Assembly (NCBI RefSeq): GCF_000341895.1
Contig: NC_020409.1
Location: 90,001-122,000 of the forward strand
Direction of reading: 5' to 3'
DNA: 32,000 nucleotides
Source of the DNA: Pseudodesulfovibrio piezophilus C1TLV30
Lineage (GTDB): Bacteria; Desulfobacterota; Desulfovibrionia; Desulfovibrionales; Desulfovibrionaceae
Below, piece after piece: positions 1-7,004 of this stretch. Under the pieces are notes generated by a model. It saw only the letters and a list, made by a program, of their open reading frames with translations. It made no database searches and had not been told where the DNA came from. The stretch's first letter is position 1. Each line of letters starts with the position of its first letter. The position numbers and the translations under genes were made by a program.

Positions 1-327
1 CGTTCGACTTTGGAGTGGCAAAGTATGGGATAAAACATTGTGTGTGATCTCGTGGCCTTTTGTTGGGAAGAGTCTACCTGATAAGCGTTTCGAACTAATC
101 AATTCTGGTATGGAAGAAATGTGCCGGAATTAATCTTTTCAGATAACAGTCTTATATTACAGTAAATATATCAACATTAAAAGTATGGAATGGGAATGTG
201 TCTGATTCTCCCAGACGCCTAGAGAGTTTGTTTGTCCTGTTTTCCCGGACTGTTGTTTTTTTGTTGAGCTGCTCATTTATGCAAAGAGACTAGCGAGTAT
301 TCCTGCGTTGTATAAGGTACACCAAAA

Positions 328-367
328 GAAAAAGGCCTTGGAGAAACTCTCCAAGGCCTTTTTCTTT
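328..367. terminator. Bidirectional rho-independent terminator just 3' of tRNA-Leu
   Basis: Perfect 13-bp stem AAGGCCTTGGAGA (332-344) / TCTCCAAGGCCTT (348-360) with a 3-nt loop. T-rich runs follow the hairpin on both strands (TTTCTTTT on +, TTCTTTT on -). Confidence 0.85.
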
Positions 368-454
368 TGGTACCTGGGGCGGGATTTGAACCCGCACGTC
401 CTTGCGAACAAGGGATTTTAAGTCCCTGGTGTCTACCAGTTCCACCACCCAGGC
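368..454 (-). tRNA. tRNA-Leu (anticodon UAA), type II with long variable arm, CCA encoded
   Basis: Reverse complement reads GCCTGGG-TG-GTGGAACTGGTAGACAC-...AGGGA CTTAAAA TCCCT (anticodon TAA)-variable arm-GCGGG TTCAAAT CCCGC-CCCAGGT-A-CCA. The acceptor stem pairs 7/7 (G1-U72 wobble) and the T-loop is canonical. Confidence 0.93.
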
Positions 455-467
455 GAGGGATATTGTC

Positions 468-495
468 AGTATCCTGCAATGCGGCGGACAGTCAA
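468..495 (-). promoter_or_regulatory. Possible sigma-70 promoter for tRNA-Leu
   Basis: On the minus strand, TTGACT (495-490), a 16-nt spacer, then GATACT (473-468), about 14 nt upstream of the tRNA 5' end. The -10 hexamer is weak. Confidence 0.3.
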
Positions 496-516
496 TATAT
501 TTTGAGAAGGTATTCA

Positions 517-551
517 GTAAAAAGGGCATATCCGGGGAGGTGGATATGCCC
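517..551 (-). terminator. Rho-independent terminator, the first convincing one downstream of the YcaO gene
   Basis: Perfect 10-bp stem GGGCATATCC (524-533) / GGATATGCCC (542-551) with an 8-nt loop. On the minus strand the hairpin is followed by TTTTT (523-519). Confidence 0.8.
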
Positions 552-656
552 TTAGAGAGTACGCCAAGTACAGGGGATGGAGTCACTCTGACTGAGAATG
601 GTGATGGTCAGATGACGCGGCACTTGGTGTACATGAACACTTTGCCAGAAAATCAT
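552..656 (-). CDS. Candidate 34-aa small ORF (MIFWQSVHVHQVPRHLTITILSQSDSIPCTWRTL); could instead be a non-coding 3' tail or sRNA
   Basis: ATG at 656-654 and TAA at 554-552, directly abutting the terminator hairpin. It is on the same strand as the YcaO gene and downstream of it. There is no good Shine-Dalgarno (only GGTGGTG about 12 nt upstream), and an in-frame TAA lies 4 codons upstream of the ATG. It is below the 60-aa cutoff of the supplied ORF track. Confidence 0.2.
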   Translation of the reverse strand: MIFWQSVHVHQVPRHLTITILSQSDSIPCTWRTL

Positions 657-732
657 CCAATATGATTACACCACCGTCAAAAGAGACTCTATCAATTATA
701 CGCAAACAAATATGAAGAAGTGTCAAGTTCGA

Positions 733-2448
733 TTACCTGCTAGAATCCGCACGATGTGTGTCTTCAGGGAACATTTTCATATAGTTTTTGAAAAGTCTTG
801 AGCTGACACGTGAATAGTGGTCAAAGTCGGAGATGAGTTCCAGGCCCGGAACGAGGGCGCGTGTAACCGGAATATTCAGATCCTTCCGTGTCAGATCAAC
901 ATAGGCTGGATTGTACCTGTTGGATATCAGGGTCTTTTCCAAAATCATCAAATCACCTTCTGCGCTCCCTGTAGAGTAATTGGGTAGGTCTTCAAGTTGT
1001 CTGGTCTCAAGTCCTTCTGGGGCGGGGCCACTTGAGGGGCCTGGGTAGGGGTAGGCGGTTTCCGTCATGGCGGATATCAGCGCTGATTTTCCATTGAGGT
1101 CACAGCCGGATCCCTTATTGACATCGCCCAATTTTCCCAACACGACTGATTTATAACATGGGATGCCTAGCTCGGAAGTCACGTCAAGAAACCAGATGTC
1201 TATTCCATCATCTTTATAAGCTTGAAGAAGACGTGCGATTTCTGGGTCTTTTGATTCAACTCTGAAGCAACGTTTTGGATCGAAGAGGACAGTGGCGTCA
1301 CAATCGCGTTCAATAACCTCTGTCAGTGCGGCGACCTTTGCCTCCGCTATGGTGTTGCCTGACGCCAGTCCCGTTGAGCCAAGGGCTGAAAACAAGCTTT
1401 GCTCGTCAAGATTGCAGAAGAGAAAAATGCACTGTGCAGGAATGAGTATCGGGTTCAGATTTCCTTTTCCATCAGGAGCCTGCCCTTCAAGCCAGTTGAG
1501 TTTTTGACCGGTATAGGGGACTTCAAGTCTTATGTCGTTAGGGTTGATCGCATGAGTCTTGAGTGTCTCATAGGCTGCATATGTCATGGGGTATGTTTTT
1601 TTGTAGCCTAATACACCGTTCGCTCCGAAAGAGGCGTAGGAGGAAAACCGTTCAGCTAACTCCATTGCATACGACGCCTCAGCGCTTTGTTGAATCAGCC
1701 CGCGACCATAGCATGTTTGAATACCTTCCAGTGAGTTGGCAAGTCTCCCATTGCTGCTACGAATCTTGACCATCCAGTGACGCAGGCGGGCAATTGGTGA
1801 AAGAGATGCCTTATGCTCCATGGCTGGGCCTAAAAAGGCGTCGGCTTTTTCGAGAACCGACAAGGCGAAGTCAATGGTCTCTTGCAAAGGACGCCGGGCT
1901 TGAGCCGGGGGAAATTCCTTTTTGAGTTCATGATATGCCTCTTTGATTGTGTACCAGTGAGTAGAAAGATATTCTCTTTTTGTGAATATGGGGGGGATAT
2001 CTAACTGAGCCGGAGCAGGGAGTGGTGTCATGTTAAAAATATTATCACCAAAGTGGGCAATCCACTGCTGGTGAAGTTTCTGGTCATGAAGAAGCATTGA
2101 GCGAATGTGGATGGCTGGTGTAAAATCCACAAGACGTTGAGGGTCAATCCCTGCGAACAGCCCGAGCAGTGGGCGTTGCCTTTCATGGCAGATGCAGGCC
2201 TCGTAAAGGATGGCTGCCATGATCGGGTCTGATTGCCCCTTGTCCTTCATGACTTGAATGATCAGTTTTTCAAGTTTCTTGGTCCTGAAATTTTTAAATC
2301 CCTGGAGCACGAATTCGTGCATGTAGTCATCGTAGGGGTGTTTGCGAAGGTAAGCCATCATTTCGTTGAAACTCAAATTGACGTCAGGGAGTGCCGCAAA
2401 CATTCCAACACCAAAGTCAGTGTTCATCATCTGCAACTTATAGCGCAT
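733..2448 (-). CDS. YcaO-domain protein (571 aa) with an N-terminal extension of about 215 aa of unknown function
   Basis: YcaO hallmarks in the C-terminal two thirds: CYGRGLIQQSAEASYAMELAERFSSYA (GxG...SA..E..ER.S ATP/Mg motif), GLASGNTIAEAKVAALTEVIERD, and LNIPVTRALVPGLE near the C-terminus. Confidence 0.85.
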   Translation of the reverse strand: MRYKLQMMNTDFGVGMFAALPDVNLSFNEMMAYLRKHPYDDYMHEFVLQGFKNFRTKKLEKLIIQVMKDKGQSDPIMAAILYEACICHERQRPLLGLFAGIDPQRLVDFTPAIHIRSMLLHDQKLHQQWIAHFGDNIFNMTPLPAPAQLDIPPIFTKREYLSTHWYTIKEAYHELKKEFPPAQARRPLQETIDFALSVLEKADAFLGPAMEHKASLSPIARLRHWMVKIRSSNGRLANSLEGIQTCYGRGLIQQSAEASYAMELAERFSSYASFGANGVLGYKKTYPMTYAAYETLKTHAINPNDIRLEVPYTGQKLNWLEGQAPDGKGNLNPILIPAQCIFLFCNLDEQSLFSALGSTGLASGNTIAEAKVAALTEVIERDCDATVLFDPKRCFRVESKDPEIARLLQAYKDDGIDIWFLDVTSELGIPCYKSVVLGKLGDVNKGSGCDLNGKSALISAMTETAYPYPGPSSGPAPEGLETRQLEDLPNYSTGSAEGDLMILEKTLISNRYNPAYVDLTRKDLNIPVTRALVPGLELISDFDHYSRVSSRLFKNYMKMFPEDTHRADSSR

Positions 2449-2624
2449 AAAAATTCTCTCTCGTTTGTTCCTCTCTGGCGCGGTGGCTCATTTTGCATGG
2501 AGTCTTCGTGAGAGGTATTGGTTGAGAGAGGTAAGCTAGGGGAATATTATGATGAAGACAAGCCCCTCATCCTTATTGAAAGGGGAGGATGGAGTGATGA
2601 GGGTGCGTGTTGGTGAAGAGAAAG

Positions 2625-3194
2625 TCAGCTTTTTATTTGAGCTATCAACGTATGCAAAAGAGGATATAAATCGTTTGCGATGGCTTGTACTCCTTGTTCA
2701 TTGGGGTGCATGCCATCAAGAAGCGTAAGTGATACATTCCCATGGTAGCAGGCGAGAATGTCAGGGAGAAACAGCAGATTATGGTGCGCTGCCAATTCCG
2801 GGAAAATCGGGTCAAAAAGATCTTTGTAGTCTTGGTCGCTTTGCAGAATAGAAGAGATTCCAACCAGCAGGGTTGGAATGCGTTGGTTGGTGAATGTTTC
2901 AATGAGTGTTGAGAGTGAATTTTGAATGGTAGAAATAGGGTCGCCGACAAAGCAATCATTTGCGCCGAATTCCAGAATAACTCCGTGCGGTTTCGCCGCC
3001 AGCACGGCCTCAACGCGGTCCAGCCCATCGGTGGAAGTCTCACCTGAGACGCCGAAATTGAGACACACTGCCTCAATTCCGTCATCTCTGAGTTTCTTTT
3101 GAAGAAGAGACGGCAACGCATCGTTGGGGGCCAGTCCATACCCTTCTGTCAGACTGTCACCAAAGCAAGCTATGCGGATTGGTCCCTGAGACAT
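2625..3194 (-). CDS. SGNH/GDSL hydrolase (arylesterase / TesA-like lysophospholipase L1 family)
   Basis: Block I IACFGDSLTEGYG with the catalytic Ser, GANDC block III, and DGMHPNEQG (DxxH) block V. The ATG directly follows the TAA of the upstream ORF (TAAATG at 3197-3192), suggesting translational coupling. Confidence 0.85.
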   Translation of the reverse strand: MSQGPIRIACFGDSLTEGYGLAPNDALPSLLQKKLRDDGIEAVCLNFGVSGETSTDGLDRVEAVLAAKPHGVILEFGANDCFVGDPISTIQNSLSTLIETFTNQRIPTLLVGISSILQSDQDYKDLFDPIFPELAAHHNLLFLPDILACYHGNVSLTLLDGMHPNEQGVQAIANDLYPLLHTLIAQIKS

Positions 3195-3716
3195 TTATCC
3201 ACCAATCCACAATTTGACTTGAGCTGCTTCTTCATTCCATTCCTTGCTCATGCGAAGTCTGAGAAATTGAGTGAAGACAATGTCGAACATTTCAAGGCAC
3301 CGTTCCATGAGGAACATTTTTTCAAGGAATTTTGCATCCGGGTCATCCCCTTCATCGTCTTTTGTCGATATCTTGGGTGTTTTTAATCCAGAAAGACCAA
3401 AGTCGGAGCTATTGACCTGAACAAGCCAGTCATCCTGATCCATCGAAAAAAGGAGCTGTGCCTTATTGACTTTTTTACCTGTTTTCAGACCAGTCTTTGC
3501 CTCAGTCATTTCACCGCCGGGGCTAGACACTGTCGCCGTGGATTTGGTTTCGCCTTCGCCGCCCTGTACTGAAAGTTTTTGTTCCATGTTCAGGGAAAAA
3601 GTTCGTTTGTCCGGCAACTGAAAGAGGATGTTTTCATTGTCAGTCTTGTACCACAGCCAAGTCAAAAAGTCCTGACCAAGCAGGGTGTTTTCGCGTTCAA
3701 CAAGAGAGAGATCCAT
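3195..3716 (-). CDS. RdgC-like protein, C-terminal half (173 aa)
   Basis: By-eye similarity to the C-terminal half of E. coli RdgC. FLTWLWYKT matches LTLTEWVRSG, GKKVNKAQLLFSMDQDDWLVQVNSSDFGLSGLK matches [30 protein letters not shown], and the acidic stretch plus ...WIGG end matches ...IEGLGG. AGGAG overlaps the stop codon of the upstream ORF, 6 nt before this ATG. Confidence 0.55.
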   Translation of the reverse strand: MDLSLVERENTLLGQDFLTWLWYKTDNENILFQLPDKRTFSLNMEQKLSVQGGEGETKSTATVSSPGGEMTEAKTGLKTGKKVNKAQLLFSMDQDDWLVQVNSSDFGLSGLKTPKISTKDDEGDDPDAKFLEKMFLMERCLEMFDIVFTQFLRLRMSKEWNEEAAQVKLWIGG

Positions 3717-3724
3717 GGCAGCTC

Positions 3725-4360
3725 CTAAACAAAGATGGTCGGTTCAAGATTTTCAAGTCGTGGGGCAGCCTCTTCTCCGAGGATATCCATGGCCATGAAG
3801 AACGGTGTCAGCGGTTCGAGATGAAGATCGAACGTGAGCGCGAAATAATCTTCAAACAGAGCGCAAACTTTGGCATTGGTCGTTGTCAGATAGATGCGGT
3901 TGGTGGTCGGATTCCAAATTATGTCAAACATGGCTGGAATCGGGAAAGTGCGTGCCCGGAGTCTGAGAACGACTTGTTCCTTGAGTTCCTTTTTTCGATC
4001 ACGCGACACAAAATTTTTTCCCTGTTCCTTATTGTGTGCCAACTCTTTATTCAGTGCGACAGTATGGTGTTTTTTGAGTACTGCCGGTGGAATCCTGCGA
4101 GTATCAAGTCTGAGTCCAAAGGTGAAATATTCCGCTTTTTCCGGCGGAGATTGTGTCCAGTTCATATCCAGCATGTCATCTATATTTGTCCATCCGAATG
4201 ACCGCTCGTCAGCTGTGGCATCAATGTCAACAAAACAGAATTGCTGTAATTTTTCAGGGACTTGTTTCAAAATTTCCTGGGGAACTTCTTCGATGACCCT
4301 ATATCGTGTCAGTCCAATGCTTGCGGATAGTATACTCAACTCCGACTCCTCATAATCCAT
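3725..4360 (-). CDS. RdgC-like protein, N-terminal half (211 aa)
   Basis: By-eye similarity to the N-terminal half of E. coli RdgC. LTRYRV matches LMVYRL, ERSFGWTNIDD matches AKMGWVPPMG, and RRIPPAVLKKH...SRDRKKELKEQVVLRLRARTFPIPAMFDIIWNPTTNRIYLTTTNAKVCALFEDYF matches KILPSPVIKQA...[50 protein letters not shown]. The start is uncertain; an alternative is TTG at 4339, preceded by GAGGAG. Confidence 0.6.
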   Translation of the reverse strand: MDYEESELSILSASIGLTRYRVIEEVPQEILKQVPEKLQQFCFVDIDATADERSFGWTNIDDMLDMNWTQSPPEKAEYFTFGLRLDTRRIPPAVLKKHHTVALNKELAHNKEQGKNFVSRDRKKELKEQVVLRLRARTFPIPAMFDIIWNPTTNRIYLTTTNAKVCALFEDYFALTFDLHLEPLTPFFMAMDILGEEAAPRLENLEPTIFV

Positions 4361-4564
4361 ACGTTAGTTTCAGTAGGAACTGAGGTAAAATCTCTGGCAC
4401 ATATTGTCCAGCGAAAAGCGAATAGCCAGAGCTCTGCATGTTCTTGAGAAAATAATTTTGGGGGTGAAATTGAAAACATCGGAGTGAAGATATCTCGGCT
4501 GAGAAAGATGACTTCTTGCTTTTTGCATGATTCGCGGCGTAAGCTCATAGAAATGGGAGTTGTT

Positions 4565-4933
4565 ATGGCTAAAGCACTTAACGAATTGGTCGAATTTTTG
4601 GCTCAACAGGCCACGCTTGTTCATGATTTGGAGAAAGAAGGGGAGGCTCTTCTTGCTGAAAAAGGGCAAAGGGCTTTCCAGGTGAAGTTGGAGGAAAAAG
4701 CAGAGATACTTGCGGCTCTTGGCGAAAAGGCGTGGCCGTTGACGGAAGCCGTGGATGGTGAGTTGGGGAAAGACATTGCCAGGAAGCTGGAGCAGTTCTC
4801 AATGAGTGCCAGCACAGCTTTGCGCATCGGAAGTGTCTTTTTTATGACCGCATTATTGTATCCCGAAGATCATATCTCTGGTGGCCCGAATGATTTGGAT
4901 ATTCTGGTCCGGGAACTGAAAGAGAAACTTTAG
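4565..4933 (+). CDS. Hypothetical protein (122 aa, helical, acidic)
   Basis: The ORF-track frame 4484-4933 begins with GTG. The internal ATG at 4565 is preceded by GGGAG 5 nt upstream. I recognise no motif. Confidence 0.55.
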   Translation: MAKALNELVEFLAQQATLVHDLEKEGEALLAEKGQRAFQVKLEEKAEILAALGEKAWPLTEAVDGELGKDIARKLEQFSMSASTALRIGSVFFMTALLYPEDHISGGPNDLDILVRELKEKL

Positions 4934-4934
4934 G

Positions 4935-5609
4935 TTAATCGTCTTTGTCCTTAAAACGTGTCTGCTTGCGTTGAATGATTTTTTTTTGCCCCATCAGGAC
5001 TATCTCATGCACTTTGTCATCCTGAGCTTTGTCGAGTTTGGTGAAAAGGCAACCAACTGAACCGTAAGTATGGCGTTTGACCTTGCAGGAAAGGCCGGAG
5101 ACCTTGAGCGTTCCATGCAGGTAAAGATCCATTTTTAAAATAACACCGCTTTTGAGCCGTGGTTTTTCAAAGGCAAATCCAAGTCCGGTCGTGCTTATGT
5201 CGGTGACTTGAAAATGACTCTTCAGCCGTATGACATGAACTTCAAGTCCTTCTATCTCAAGTCGGAGGGCATTCCTCTTTTTTCCCTGGGCATCTTTTTC
5301 TTTTAAAGAAATGCAGAAACCGTCAGATTGCGTTGTTGTATCCTTCTTTGATCTTTGACGATTCTGTTCTTTACATGTGAGGTCTTTTACGGATGGATTT
5401 GGTGGAAGAAAAGAAGATTCAGATGGAAAATCGTTTTTTACCGAATCTGCTTTGGTACCATTCTTCTTATTCGAGGACGCCCCCTTCTGTACGCGAACGG
5501 TACTTTTTGTTCCGGAGGAAGACTGTTTTCTTTTCTTGCAGAATAATGCTGTAATTAAATGGAAAAAATCCATACACCACCGCCATGTGGTTTGAAATGT
5601 ACTCTTCAC
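4935..5609 (-). CDS. PilZ-domain protein (c-di-GMP receptor type) with a K/S-rich low-complexity N-terminal half
   Basis: The C-terminal domain carries RNALR (RxxxR) followed by DISTTGLGF (D/NxSxxG), the two PilZ c-di-GMP-binding motifs. The start is uncertain: GTG at 5609 or ATG at 5573. Confidence 0.75.
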   Translation of the reverse strand: MKSTFQTTWRWCMDFFHLITALFCKKRKQSSSGTKSTVRVQKGASSNKKNGTKADSVKNDFPSESSFLPPNPSVKDLTCKEQNRQRSKKDTTTQSDGFCISLKEKDAQGKKRNALRLEIEGLEVHVIRLKSHFQVTDISTTGLGFAFEKPRLKSGVILKMDLYLHGTLKVSGLSCKVKRHTYGSVGCLFTKLDKAQDDKVHEIVLMGQKKIIQRKQTRFKDKDD

Positions 5610-5772
5610 AAATCCGTATTAGGCAAAACTGCTTCTCCTGACAAGTGAAGCGTCAAATTGTTTTGTCTTCGTGCGAGTCTTTTTGCCCCAACAGGGTTGA
5701 CTTTTCTTTGTTTAAGAGAGAAATACAAAAAATATTTTCAAGCTTAAGAAGGGTTGATCGAGGAGGTTTACA

Positions 5773-5916
5773 ATGATTGGAGAGTTGCTTCATGGGATGG
5801 CGAATAGCTCAGGCCCTGGTTTTGTCGGTGTGTCTTTGATATTTATTTATCTTGCATGGATTTTGACCATCGGTGTTATCCGGGTCAAGGAAGCTATGGA
5901 AGAAGATCACCACTAA
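5773..5916 (+). CDS. Small membrane protein, 47 aa (MIGELLHGMANSSGPGFVGVSLIFIYLAWILTIGVIRVKEAMEEDHH)
   Basis: A perfect AGGAGG (5761-5766) lies 6 nt upstream of the ATG. There is one clear hydrophobic helix followed by a charged tail. The stop at 5914-5916 is followed by a strong terminator. It is not in the supplied ORF track because it is under 60 aa. Confidence 0.6.
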   Translation: MIGELLHGMANSSGPGFVGVSLIFIYLAWILTIGVIRVKEAMEEDHH

Positions 5917-5952
5917 AAAGAAAACGTGGCATTTGTCACAGTTTGCTTTTTC

Positions 5953-5985
5953 AAAAAGCGCTCTCCATAAGGGGAGCGCTTTTTT
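5953..5985. terminator. Bidirectional rho-independent terminator shared by the 47-aa ORF (+) and rfbA (-)
   Basis: Stem AGCGCTCTCC (5957-5966) / GGGGAGCGCT (5971-5980) with one G-U pair and an ATAA loop. It is flanked by AAAAA (5953-5957) and TTTTT (5981-5985). Confidence 0.85.
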
Positions 5986-6876
5986 CTATCTGGAGCAACT
6001 TCCTGGCTCATCTTCCAGAACTCGTTCAAGGAGATACTGTCCATAGCTGTTTTTGCTCAAATCACAGGCAAGTTTGTTGAGTTGTCGAGCATCAATAAAG
6101 CCCATTCGGTAGGCGATTTCTTCCGGGCTTGAGATAATATATCCCTGACGCTCCTGCACTGCCTGTACAAAACTTCCTGCACCATGCAGGGATTCGTGGG
6201 TTCCCATGTCGAGCCACGCATACCCTCTGCCTAGGGTCTGCACTTCAAGGCTTTCCTTGGCAAGATATTCCTTGTTTATATCAGTAATTTCAAGCTCCCC
6301 ACGAGCTGATGGGGTAAGCCCCCTGGCTATCCTGATGACATCGTTATCGTAGAAGTAAAGTCCGGTGACCGCATATTTTGACTTTGGGTGTTTTGGCTTT
6401 TCCTCAATAGACAAGGCGCGAAAGTCAGTATCAAAATCCACTACACCGTATCGTTCGGGATCTTTGACCAGGTAGGCGAAAACAATACCACCTTGCTTTA
6501 GCTCTCCAGCTTTTTTGAGGATAGAACCTAATCCATGCCCATAAAAAATATTATCTCCGAGGACGAGGCAAACAGTGTCATTTCCAATGAAATCTTCTCC
6601 GATAATGAAAGCTTGAGCAAGTCCATCCGGGGTGGGCTGGACTTTATACTCAAGGTGGATGCCTAAATGCGATCCATCACCCAGAAGCTTTTGAAATTGT
6701 GGTAGATCATGCGGGGTGGATATTACAAGTATCTCTTTTATCCCTGACAGCATCAAGGTAGAGAGTGGATAATAGATCATGGGCTTGTCATAGACTGGAA
6801 GCAATTGCTTGCTGACAACTCGTGTCAGCGGGTGCAATCGGGTACCGGATCCACCTGCCAGAATAATGCCTTTCAT
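5986..6876 (-). CDS. rfbA: Glucose-1-phosphate thymidylyltransferase (RmlA/RfbA)
   Basis: N-terminus [46 protein letters not shown] is the canonical RmlA signature. The length of 296 aa fits, and GAGG lies 6 nt upstream of the ATG. Confidence 0.93.
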   Translation of the reverse strand: MKGIILAGGSGTRLHPLTRVVSKQLLPVYDKPMIYYPLSTLMLSGIKEILVISTPHDLPQFQKLLGDGSHLGIHLEYKVQPTPDGLAQAFIIGEDFIGNDTVCLVLGDNIFYGHGLGSILKKAGELKQGGIVFAYLVKDPERYGVVDFDTDFRALSIEEKPKHPKSKYAVTGLYFYDNDVIRIARGLTPSARGELEITDINKEYLAKESLEVQTLGRGYAWLDMGTHESLHGAGSFVQAVQERQGYIISSPEEIAYRMGFIDARQLNKLACDLSKNSYGQYLLERVLEDEPGSCSR

Positions 6877-7004
6877 TGAAGCCTCGTTGGTCCTGTGATT
6901 TACTTCGTAGTTGAGTTAGGATACATCCGAACGTCAAGTCCGTAACACTATAGTTCCGGGATAAAACAAAAAGCAACCCGCTTTTATGTAAACGGGTCAA
7001 CCAA

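Noticed and set aside
1-327. An AT-rich, ORF-free left edge adjoining the 3' end of tRNA-Leu. This could be the junction of a tRNA-targeted genomic island. A GTTCGACT T-loop-like string also occurs at positions 2-9.
   Set aside because: No direct repeat of the tRNA 3' end, integrase gene or other mobile-element sequence is visible within the window. The T-loop-like string lacks a pairing stem and an acceptor arm. The question cannot be evaluated without sequence to the left.
273-586. ORF-track entries 273-479(-), 290-586(-) and 367-555(+) around position 400.
   Set aside because: All of them overlap the tRNA-Leu gene and its terminator and have no SD or recognisable motifs. They are artefacts of translating structured RNA genes.
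546-665. A plus-strand 39-aa ORF (MPLESTPSTGDGVTLTENGDGQMTRHLVYMNTLPENHPI) with an apparent GGAGG SD, convergent with the YcaO gene. It was tempting as a Thr/Ser-rich RiPP precursor.
   Set aside because: The SD lies in the loop and the ATG in the 3' arm of the 10-bp terminator hairpin (524-551), which serves the opposite strand. The longer ORF-track version (402-665) runs through the tRNA-Leu gene. It is convergent rather than co-directional with ycaO, so it is most likely a chance ORF.
2549-2624. A possible terminator between the SGNH hydrolase and ycaO (CCCTCATC...GATGAGGG), together with tiny ORFs in the 2449-2624 spacer examined as possible YcaO precursor peptides.
   Set aside because: The hairpin has a loop of about 25 nt and no U-tract, so it is not a convincing terminator. 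The ORFs are 7-23 codons without an SD, and the 43-codon plus-strand ORF at 2597 runs antisense into the SGNH gene. None looks like a precursor.
4395-4410. TGGCAC-atatt-GTCC in the rdgC-like / 122-aa divergent region, which looked like a sigma-54 -24 element.
   Set aside because: The -12 element is wrong. With correct N5 spacing the sequence is GTCC rather than TTGC, and the nearby TTGT is 2 nt too close.
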